Source of the DNA: Methanomicrobiales archaeon
GTDB lineage: Archaea; Halobacteriota; Methanomicrobia; Methanomicrobiales; Methanospirillaceae
DNA: 32,576 bases
Assembly: GCA_017883495.1 (NCBI GenBank)
Contig: JADGNL010000165.1
Span: forward strand, 1 to 32,576
Direction: 5' to 3'
The notes beneath the pieces are model-generated. The model ran no database searches. It saw nothing but the letters and a program-made list of their open reading frames with translations, and was not told the DNA's origin. Below, piece after piece: positions 25,717 through 32,576 of this stretch. Numbering within the stretch: position 1 is the first letter of the stretch; each line of letters opens with the position of its first letter. A program made the translations under genes and the position numbers.

Positions 25717-26414
25717 TTGACGAGGCGCTTGCCGCGCTGCGGGATGGACGGTTCATCCTGCTCTACGACTTCGACAACCGCGAGGGAGAGACCGACTTTG
25801 CCATCCGCGCGGACGCGGTGACGCCCGCACACCTGCGGCAGATGCGCAAGGACGGCGGCGGGCTGATCTGCTGCGCGGTTCCGCACGAGGCGGCCGAACG
25901 GCTGGGCCTGCCGTTCGCCCACGACGTGCTCGAGGCGGCCGGTGTCGGCGTGCGCGACCACGTTATCCCGTACGACCGGAAGAACCGCTCCTCGTTCTCG
26001 CTCTGGGTCAACCACGCCTCGACCTTCACGGGGATCACGGACAACGATCGTACAACCACGATCAACGCGATCGCCGATCAGGTGAAGCGAGCTCTGGCGG
26101 GAGAAGAGACCCGGTTCTTCGACGAGTTCCGGCTGCCGGGCCACGTCCCCATCCTCCGGGGAGCCGACGGTCTCATCGCTCGCCGGTGCGGCCAGACCGA
26201 GCTCTCGCTCGTGCTCGCCCGGATGGCCGGGATCACCCCTGCTATCGTGGTCTGTGAGATGCTCGACGACGAGAGCGGCATGGCCCTCCGGAAGGCGGAC
26301 GCGCGGGCCTACGGCGAGGCGCACGGAATCCCGTTCCTCGAGGGGCGCGAGGTCGCGGACCGCTGGACCGGACCGGCCGCATGCGGCGGCTCGGCCGCTC
26401 CGGCCGCCCGATAA
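25713..26414 (+). CDS. ribB: 3,4-dihydroxy-2-butanone 4-phosphate synthase
   Basis: YDFDNREGETD, SSFSLWVNH, TGITDNDR, PGHVP, GQTEL, VCEMLD; ATGA overlap with ribK. Confidence 0.95.
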   Translation: MIDEALAALRDGRFILLYDFDNREGETDFAIRADAVTPAHLRQMRKDGGGLICCAVPHEAAERLGLPFAHDVLEAAGVGVRDHVIPYDRKNRSSFSLWVNHASTFTGITDNDRTTTINAIADQVKRALAGEETRFFDEFRLPGHVPILRGADGLIARRCGQTELSLVLARMAGITPAIVVCEMLDDESGMALRKADARAYGEAHGIPFLEGREVADRWTGPAACGGSAAPAAR

Positions 26415-26527
26415 TCTTCGAGATTACGACCCTCGTTGGTCCCATGTTGCCCTATACTGTCCTTTTTTGTCATAATGCATAAATACGAAGGGAGCCGATG
26501 GCGGGCTTGGACCAGGAGGAACGTTCG

Positions 26528-26893
26528 ATGTCGACCAATCAGCCCGCTTCACCAGAGCAGAAATTTCGCACGATCCGCACCGCACACCGCGACAACGCGC
26601 AGATCGACTACCTCGTCGGTCTCCTCTCCGACGACAATCCCGGCAACCGCTGGAAGGCAGCCCAGGCGCTCGGGCGCGTCCAGGATCCCGCTGCCGTCGA
26701 CGCCCTGCTCCAGGCGCTCTATGACGACGACTGGCGCGTTCAGCAGAAGGCGATCTGGGCCCTCGGTGCGATCGGCGACTCCCGGGTCATCGGGCCGCTT
26801 CGTCGGCGCTACGCCGAGGTCGACGAAGGGCTCCGGGAGCTGATCACGGACGCCCAGGAACTGATCCGGAGCCGGATGTACCGGCCCGGGTGA
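26528..26893 (+). CDS. HEAT-repeat (PBS-lyase-like) protein
   Basis: RBS AGGAGGA at 26514-26520; repeats RWKAAQALGRVQDPAAVDALLQAL and VQQKAIWALGAIGDSRVIGPL. Confidence 0.85.
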   Translation: MSTNQPASPEQKFRTIRTAHRDNAQIDYLVGLLSDDNPGNRWKAAQALGRVQDPAAVDALLQALYDDDWRVQQKAIWALGAIGDSRVIGPLRRRYAEVDEGLRELITDAQELIRSRMYRPG

Positions 26894-26905
26894 TACATCT
26901 ATTAT

Positions 26906-27514
26906 TCAGAGTGCCGTGGCTGTGTACGCGGCGCCGAGCGCGACCATGGCGATGCCGCACCCACCGAGGAGCAGCCGGTAGGCGCGGTCCGGCAGAAACG
27001 CGGAGCCGCGGGCGACCGCGGCGCCGACCAGCAGGAGCCAGGCGAGGTCGGCCGTTCCGTGCCCGGCGAGAAAGAGGACCGCATCCGCCTGGCTGCTCGC
27101 CAGCGCGCCGGCCAGCAGGGCGCCCCCGAGCGTGGCCCACCAGAGCCAGAAGTAAGGGTTCGCCACCGAGGTGAGCACGCCCGCGAGGAACGGCCCGACA
27201 CGTTCCGGGCCGGCGGACGGCACGAGGCTCGCGCTTCGGGCGCCATGCACGGTGAGAAGCACGAAGCCGACGAGGGCCGTGCCGCCGACGACTGCGATCC
27301 CCGCGCGGTGCGAGAGGACGAGCGGCGCTACCCCGAGCACGAGCGCGACCGCGAGTACGCCCTCGACCAGGAGGTGCCCGGCCGCGACCCGGCCGCCCAC
27401 GAGGGGACCGTGCCTGACGGCCCCCGAGATAGTGGCGAGCAGGGTCGGCCCGGGCGCGAGCGCGCCCGAGAGGCCAACGCCGAACCCGAGCAGAAGCGAC
27501 TCGACGGACTGCAT
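26906..27514 (-). CDS. LysE-family translocator
   Basis: GLSGALAPGP, GHLLVE, SVANPYFWLWW; ~6 TM helices. Start ATG 27514. Confidence 0.88.
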   Translation of the reverse strand: MQSVESLLLGFGVGLSGALAPGPTLLATISGAVRHGPLVGGRVAAGHLLVEGVLAVALVLGVAPLVLSHRAGIAVVGGTALVGFVLLTVHGARSASLVPSAGPERVGPFLAGVLTSVANPYFWLWWATLGGALLAGALASSQADAVLFLAGHGTADLAWLLLVGAAVARGSAFLPDRAYRLLLGGCGIAMVALGAAYTATAL

Positions 27515-27621
27515 GGGCGTGCTTGATATTGGCCGGGCCACAATGAAAAACTGGCGTCGATGATAGGGCTGGGGATCACGAGAGGGGCCGGGGCGGCGGA
27601 CGCGAACGGGCGCGGGAGCAG

Positions 27622-28881
27622 ATGAGCGGCGCCTCCCTTCCGCCGGTCACGGTCGCGCTCGACCCCGGCGTGGCGGCCTGGTCGCTCCGCCGGCTCCTTC
27701 GGCGTGTGGGTTCCGCGCTCGACACGCCTCCGCTCGACCCGGTCCTGGCGGTCACGCGGCCGTTCGAGCTCGGGGACGGAGGCAGGCTTCGGGCGGTACG
27801 CGCTGCGGTCGAGACCGCGATCCCCGATGCACTCTGGCTCGCGTACGCCCTCGACGGGTTCGCCGCAGGCCCGGGCGGGACCGTCGGGCTCGCTCTCCGA
27901 CCCTCACCCGCCCTCGCGGCGGCCGCCGCCGCGATCGAGTCGGCTCTCTCGGCGGTCGCCGCCCCCGCGGACCTGCCGGACGAACGGTTCCTCGTCCCGG
28001 TTGCCCGCGGGCTGGACCGGCGGGCTCACCGCGCCGCGATGCGAACGCTGGGCCTTGCCCGCCCGCCATGGTATCGACGGCTCCTCGCCCCCCTCGAGGC
28101 TGCCGGCTCCGTCGCTCCGCTCCCGTCGCCGCTGCGTCTGTTCGAGGCGCTCCGCCTCCTCGTCCTCGTCGGCGGCAGCCCTGCGGCCGGGTACGACCTT
28201 CCCGCCAGGCGCTGGCTCAGCCGGATCGAGCTCCGCGATCGGGCCATCCAGGCGACATCCCTGCGCACCTACCGCCGGGCACGGGGAGTCGAGCTCGCGG
28301 CCCCGGGGGGGCATTCCCGCGGCGAGACTTGGCTCCTCGCCGACCTCCACCTCGGCCATCCCGGGATCGCGCTCTACGCAGCCCGGCCCTTCCTCGCGTC
28401 CGACGTCGGCGAGATGAACCGGGTCCTGATCGGGAACTGGCACCGCACCGTCGCGCCGGGGGACCGGGCCCTCGTGCTCGGCGACCTCTGCGCCGGCCCC
28501 GACCCCGGCGCTTACCGGGCGGCAGTCGGAGCGCTCTCTGGCCGGCTCGAACTCGTCCGCGGCAACCACGACCCCGAGCTCGGGCTGGCCCGTTCGGTCA
28601 CGTTCGAGGCCGGCGGTCACCGGTTCCTCGGGGTCCACGACCCGGCCGACGCCCCGCCGGAGTTCGACGGTTGGGTCGTTCACGGCCACCTCCACGACAG
28701 CGACCTCCGCCGGTTCCCGTTCTTCGACCCGGTGGCGCGGCGGGTCAACGTCTCGGTCGAGACGGCCGGATTCAGCCCGGTCCCGCTCTCGCAGGTCTGC
28801 GATCTGATCTCGGCAGAGACCGGGCCGGTGCTCATCAGGGAGGTCGAACCGGCTCTCATCGCCGATGCGCCCTCCTTATAA
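27622..28881 (+). CDS. Fusion of a degenerate 2H-phosphoesterase-like N-domain and a metallophosphoesterase
   Basis: C-terminal DLHLGH, LGDL, GNHD, VHDP, VHGHLH, NVSVE motifs; N-terminal ~200 aa with 2H-like layout. Confidence 0.8.
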   Translation: MSGASLPPVTVALDPGVAAWSLRRLLRRVGSALDTPPLDPVLAVTRPFELGDGGRLRAVRAAVETAIPDALWLAYALDGFAAGPGGTVGLALRPSPALAAAAAAIESALSAVAAPADLPDERFLVPVARGLDRRAHRAAMRTLGLARPPWYRRLLAPLEAAGSVAPLPSPLRLFEALRLLVLVGGSPAAGYDLPARRWLSRIELRDRAIQATSLRTYRRARGVELAAPGGHSRGETWLLADLHLGHPGIALYAARPFLASDVGEMNRVLIGNWHRTVAPGDRALVLGDLCAGPDPGAYRAAVGALSGRLELVRGNHDPELGLARSVTFEAGGHRFLGVHDPADAPPEFDGWVVHGHLHDSDLRRFPFFDPVARRVNVSVETAGFSPVPLSQVCDLISAETGPVLIREVEPALIADAPSL

Positions 28882-28957
28882 GGCTCCAATACATCTCTTC
28901 TTAAAGCCTGGGGTCCCATACTGAGAAGCAGTTTTCCCAAGCTGTTGGAAAAGTATC

Positions 28958-29122
28958 ATGTACAACTCGAATTTTGGCGGTCGTTCGGACCGCCCACGTG
29001 AGATGACCAAGGTCGTCTGTTCAGACTGTGGAAAGGAGTGCGAGGTCCCGTTCAAGCCGACAGAGGGCCGCCCGGTCTACTGCCAGGACTGCCTCCCGAA
29101 GCACCGGCGCCCCCGGTTCTGA
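28958..29122 (+). CDS. Small CxxC-x17-CxxC domain protein (54 aa)
   Basis: MYNSNFGGRSDRPREMTKVVCSDCGKECEVPFKPTEGRPVYCQDCLPKHRRPRF*, absent from the ORF track. Has a TATA-like CTTAAAG (~28900) and a pyrimidine-rich 3' tract. Confidence 0.92.
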   Translation: MYNSNFGGRSDRPREMTKVVCSDCGKECEVPFKPTEGRPVYCQDCLPKHRRPRF

Positions 29123-29272
29123 TCTCCTCCTTTCTTACACCTTTTTCGTACCCCTGAAACGGGCATCGCCAACTTCAATCGCAGCTCGCTCCTCCTTTTC
29201 CACGATGTCGAGCGTACGCTCCGCGGGACGAACCGACGGGTATTTTACCATGGGCTTGATATTCTAATACCG

Positions 29273-30502
29273 ATGGCTTCGCTCTCAATGAGGACGGCAT
29301 TGCTCGTCCTCGGTCTCTCTCTCGTCCTCATAGCCCCCTGTCTGGCGGCGACGCCGGTCGGGGGCTCGGTCGGTGTCTTCATGGTGAAGTGCCCGGTCGA
29401 CGGCGCGAAGGTCTGGTTCGACAACGACTACAAGGGCCAGATCGCGAACGGCATCCTCACGGTACCGGTCTACGCCACAGGGACGCCTTACCAGACCTAC
29501 CGTGTCGAGGCGGACGGCTACGAGCCGTTCCTCGGGATGATCCCCGACTACCCCACCGGCGGCGGCATCGTGACCCTCCAGGTGGACCTGCAAAAGTCCC
29601 CCATCGGCGGCAACATGGGAACGATCCAGTTCACCGCGAACGTCGAGGGAGCCTACGTCTACCTCGACGGCGAGTTCCAGGGCGTCATCCAGAACGGCGT
29701 TCTCATGGACTCGGTCTACGTGACGGGCACACCCTTCCGGAGATACACGGTCCAGGCCCCGGGCTACCTGACCGCGAGCGGCGCGCTCCCGCGAATGCCG
29801 GCGGCCGGCGAGATCGTCACCGTTCCGGTGACCCTCACTCCGCGCGCCACCCCGACCCCGATCGGCGGCGACCGCGGGGCGTACCTGATCCTCTGCCCGG
29901 TCGACGGGGCGATGGTCTCGCTCGACGGCGACAGCGTGGGCACGATCCAGAACGGCGAACTCTTCGCCCCGGTCTACGTGACGGGAACGCCCTACAAGAC
30001 CCTCCGCATCACCGCCAGCGGGTACAGGCCCTACTCGGCCCCGATCACGCAGTACCCGTCCGCGGGCCAGGTCGTGAACCTCTACGCGGTCCTCGACCCC
30101 GTCACGCCCACGCCGACGCCCTCGCTGATCGGCGGGGACATGGGTTACTACCTGGTCCACTCGAACGCCGAGGGCGGTCGAGTCTACTTCGACAGCGACT
30201 ACAAGGGTAACATCACGAGCGGCGTCCTGAACGTCCCGGTCTACACGACGGGCACCCCGTACCGGACCTGGTCCGTGGTGAAGGAAGGCTATGCGACCTT
30301 CAACGGGACGATCAGCACCTACCCGTCCAAGGGCCAGACCATCGACCTCCAGGCTACCCTGACTCTCCTCCCGACCACGGCGCCGACAACGAACGCGTCG
30401 ACCGCGGTCCCGACCACGACCAAGTCCCCGCTCTCCGGGCTCTGCATCGCGGGCGCGCTCCTATCGCTCGCGGCCCTCGGGTTCGCGGGCCGGCGGCACT
30501 GA
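29273..30502 (+). CDS. Cell-surface protein with four PEGA-like repeats and a C-terminal KSPL-TM-basic tail
   Basis: Signal peptide; four ~80-aa repeats (GGxxG...DGAxVxxDxxxxGxIxxGxL..VYxTGTP); Thr-rich linker; TTKSPL + TM + RRH. Confidence 0.85.
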   Translation: MASLSMRTALLVLGLSLVLIAPCLAATPVGGSVGVFMVKCPVDGAKVWFDNDYKGQIANGILTVPVYATGTPYQTYRVEADGYEPFLGMIPDYPTGGGIVTLQVDLQKSPIGGNMGTIQFTANVEGAYVYLDGEFQGVIQNGVLMDSVYVTGTPFRRYTVQAPGYLTASGALPRMPAAGEIVTVPVTLTPRATPTPIGGDRGAYLILCPVDGAMVSLDGDSVGTIQNGELFAPVYVTGTPYKTLRITASGYRPYSAPITQYPSAGQVVNLYAVLDPVTPTPTPSLIGGDMGYYLVHSNAEGGRVYFDSDYKGNITSGVLNVPVYTTGTPYRTWSVVKEGYATFNGTISTYPSKGQTIDLQATLTLLPTTAPTTNASTAVPTTTKSPLSGLCIAGALLSLAALGFAGRRH

Positions 30503-30510
30503 CCGCCTCC

Positions 30511-30523
30511 TTTCTTTTCTTTT
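30511..30523 (+). terminator. U-rich terminator after the PEGA-repeat gene
   Basis: TTTCTTTTTCTTTT-like tract just after the stop codon. Confidence 0.55.
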
Positions 30524-30614
30524 CCCGCAACGGGAATCGGTCGCGGCGATACGCGATGCGCCCGGAGCGTCAAGAACCCTATGTTTAAGAGAGCCGACCG
30601 ACGACGTATACGAA

Positions 30615-31355
30615 ATGACAGATCAGCCCAAACCGAAAGGCGGGCGGAACCAGTCCGTCAAGCGGAAGAACCCGCCGAAACCGGCCGAGGAGCCGGGGAC
30701 TGCGCTCTGGAAGAAGGTCCTCTTCGTCTCGGTGGGCGTCCTCTTCGTGGTCCTGATGGTCGTCTCCTCGATGGGGTCGAGCTGGCTCAACGTCTTCCAG
30801 ACGGTCAAGCCCGGTGCCGTCGTCATGACCGACGTGACGATCCGCGACGATCAGAACCGGCCGGTCCTGACCACGAGCGAGACCATCTACTCGGCCGCGA
30901 TCAAGGAGAACCGGACGGTCTTTCTGGCCTCGCCGTTCACGGTCGATGCCGGGCTGGCCTATACCGATCCCGTGATGACTGTCCCGATCATCGCCCCCCA
31001 GAGCGGCGTGAACTACACGCTCTTCGGGGAGGAGTATAACGCGATCGCGACCGGCGTGGTCGGCATGCACCCCAGCGGCACGAAGACGGTCCCGCTCGAT
31101 ACCAACGTGACCGAGGAGCGGAACTACACGGCCGAGGAGTTCGACCAGCTCGGCGGCGACTTCGGCAACACCTCGATCGGCGACGAGATGGTCCTCTCGT
31201 TCGTCGAGAACCCGGAGGCGCTCTACAGCAACACCACGACCCCGACCTACGCGCTCCGCACGACCCACGTCGTGAACCGGACCGAGGACTCGGTCACGCT
31301 CTCGTTCAGCCTCGCCACGGCGGACCTGACCCTCTCGCAGGTCCGGTCGCAGTAA
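30615..31355 (+). CDS. Membrane-anchored protein with a divergent FKBP/SlyD-like ectodomain
   Basis: Basic N-terminus, one TM, then VKPGAVVMTDVTIRD..VLTT, GVVGMHPSGTKTV and VVNRTEDSVTL, which resemble the FKBP/SlyD strand pattern. Confidence 0.6.
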   Translation: MTDQPKPKGGRNQSVKRKNPPKPAEEPGTALWKKVLFVSVGVLFVVLMVVSSMGSSWLNVFQTVKPGAVVMTDVTIRDDQNRPVLTTSETIYSAAIKENRTVFLASPFTVDAGLAYTDPVMTVPIIAPQSGVNYTLFGEEYNAIATGVVGMHPSGTKTVPLDTNVTEERNYTAEEFDQLGGDFGNTSIGDEMVLSFVENPEALYSNTTTPTYALRTTHVVNRTEDSVTLSFSLATADLTLSQVRSQ

Positions 31356-31426
31356 CCTTTTTTCAAGATCTCCCGGAGCGAATCGATCAGGTTATCCCCC
31401 CGGCGTCCGATCTGGAAATCGGGATC

Positions 31427-31927
31427 ATGAAGACCATCATCGTCTACCACTCGTTCTCGGGGGTCACCCGCGGCATCGCCGAGCGGGTGCGGACCGCGAG
31501 CGGCGGCGACCTCGTCGAGGTCCGCCCGACGCAGCCGTACTCGAAGCTGACGGCATACACGCTCGGCGGATTCCGGGCCCGCGGCAGGAAGGCCGACGCG
31601 GTCGAGCCCGCGTCGATCGACGTCTCGGCGTACGACCTGATCGTCCTGGGCACGCCCGTCTGGGCGGGCCGGGCGACGCCGGTGACGAACGGCGCCGTCG
31701 AGGCGCTCGTCGGAACGGAGGGCAGGAACGCGGTGCTCTTCGCGACCTGCGGCTCGCAGACGGGCGATACCCTTCCGCAGCTCAGGGACGCGCTCGCCGC
31801 AAAGGGTGTCGCCGTGATCGGCGAGTTCTCGTTCTCGGCGAAGGAACTCCAGGACACCCGGAAGGTCGAGGCGCTGATCGCCCGGGTCACGGCGGGGGAC
31901 GAAGCGCCGACCGCCGTCGGGAGCTGA
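31427..31927 (+). CDS. Flavodoxin-family protein
   Basis: YHSFSGVT P-loop, YDLIVLGTPVWAG, FATCGS. Confidence 0.88.
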   Translation: MKTIIVYHSFSGVTRGIAERVRTASGGDLVEVRPTQPYSKLTAYTLGGFRARGRKADAVEPASIDVSAYDLIVLGTPVWAGRATPVTNGAVEALVGTEGRNAVLFATCGSQTGDTLPQLRDALAAKGVAVIGEFSFSAKELQDTRKVEALIARVTAGDEAPTAVGS

Positions 31928-31934
31928 GGAGTTC

Positions 31935-32576
31935 TCAGCTCCCGGTCAGGCCGCGGGCGAGCAGGGCGTTCCGAAAGAAGGCCGGAACGCGCTGCCCGTA
32001 CTCGTCGGGGTGGCCGGCGAGCGCTCCCGTGTGGTCCACGTCCGGCACGACCCAGAGCTGGGCGCGGTTCCCCGCGACGGCCGCGAAGCGCGTGTTGTAC
32101 GCGACCTCCTTCGGCTCTCTGCCCGAGGCGATGAGGAGGAGTCGGACGTCCGGCGCACCAGCGATCGAGTCGACGATCGGGACGGGCGGGGCGTCGCCCG
32201 TGAAGAGGCCGGTGGCGGCGTAGACCAGACGCGGGTACCCGCTGTGGGGAAGGTCGTCGAGCCCCGGAAGGGCCAGGTACTCCGCGGTCGACCGGTAGGT
32301 CGCGCCCTCGCTCGCGACGGCGCCGAGCGCCGGCGTCGCGTTGAGCGCGCCGAGCAGCACCTCGCCGCCGAGCGAGAGCCCGAGGCCGCCGATGGCCCGG
32401 ACCCCGTCCTGCCCCTGGAGGTACGCGACAGCCGCCTGGACGTCATGCGTCCCCTCCCAGCCGAAGGCGTTGCCGTGGCCCCCGCTGGCGCCGTGACCCC
32501 TGAGGTCGATCGCGAGCACGCCGTAGCCGGCGTCACGGAGCATGGACGCGTGCGCCCGGACGCCCTCGCGCGAGTC
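31935..32576 (-). CDS. Alpha/beta hydrolase (5' truncated by window)
   Basis: DLRGHGASGG, nucleophile elbow GLSLGG, His in VDHTG; frame stays open to the window end. Confidence 0.85.
   Translation of the reverse strand, partial: DSREGVRAHASMLRDAGYGVLAIDLRGHGASGGHGNAFGWEGTHDVQAAVAYLQGQDGVRAIGGLGLSLGGEVLLGALNATPALGAVASEGATYRSTAEYLALPGLDDLPHSGYPRLVYAATGLFTGDAPPVPIVDSIAGAPDVRLLLIASGREPKEVAYNTRFAAVAGNRAQLWVVPDVDHTGALAGHPDEYGQRVPAFFRNALLARGLTGS

Noticed and set aside
29350..30370. CRISPR-like or non-coding DNA repeats
   Set aside because: The repeats are degenerate, in-frame and ~240 nt apart; they encode protein repeats.

Overview
High-GC archaeal chromosome segment. The methanogen-type SerRS, Pcc1, rps3ae, CTP-dependent RibK, the thiolase/HMG-CoA synthase/DUF35 trio and mostly leaderless TATA promoters point to a Methanomicrobiales-like methanogen; this taxonomy is inference. 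Content is mostly housekeeping: the 3' end of argB, a PKD surface protein, an apgM operon, rps15-recJ-like-pcc1-serS-rps3ae with a structured S15 leader, oapABC, sufS-fdhD followed by tRNA-Cys(GCA), the upper mevalonate genes, ribK-ribB, and several surface or hypothetical proteins. No CRISPR array, transposase, integrase or rRNA was found. The most notable items are: (i) a coupled array of five stand-alone CBS genes (~18 CBS domains, including an MJ1225-like protein) head-to-head with oapABC; (ii) an AT-rich spacer in that array holding an 11-codon mini-ORF that echoes the N-terminus of the next gene; (iii) a tRNA-Cys with an atypical body directly behind two sulfur-transfer genes; (iv) a 54-aa CxxC-x17-CxxC gene missed by the ORF track, with a hairpin just before its start; (v) an apparently inactivated 2H domain fused to a metallophosphoesterase; (vi) several candidate operators. 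All family calls come from motif recognition by eye, not database searches. Several start codons were moved relative to the ORF track.
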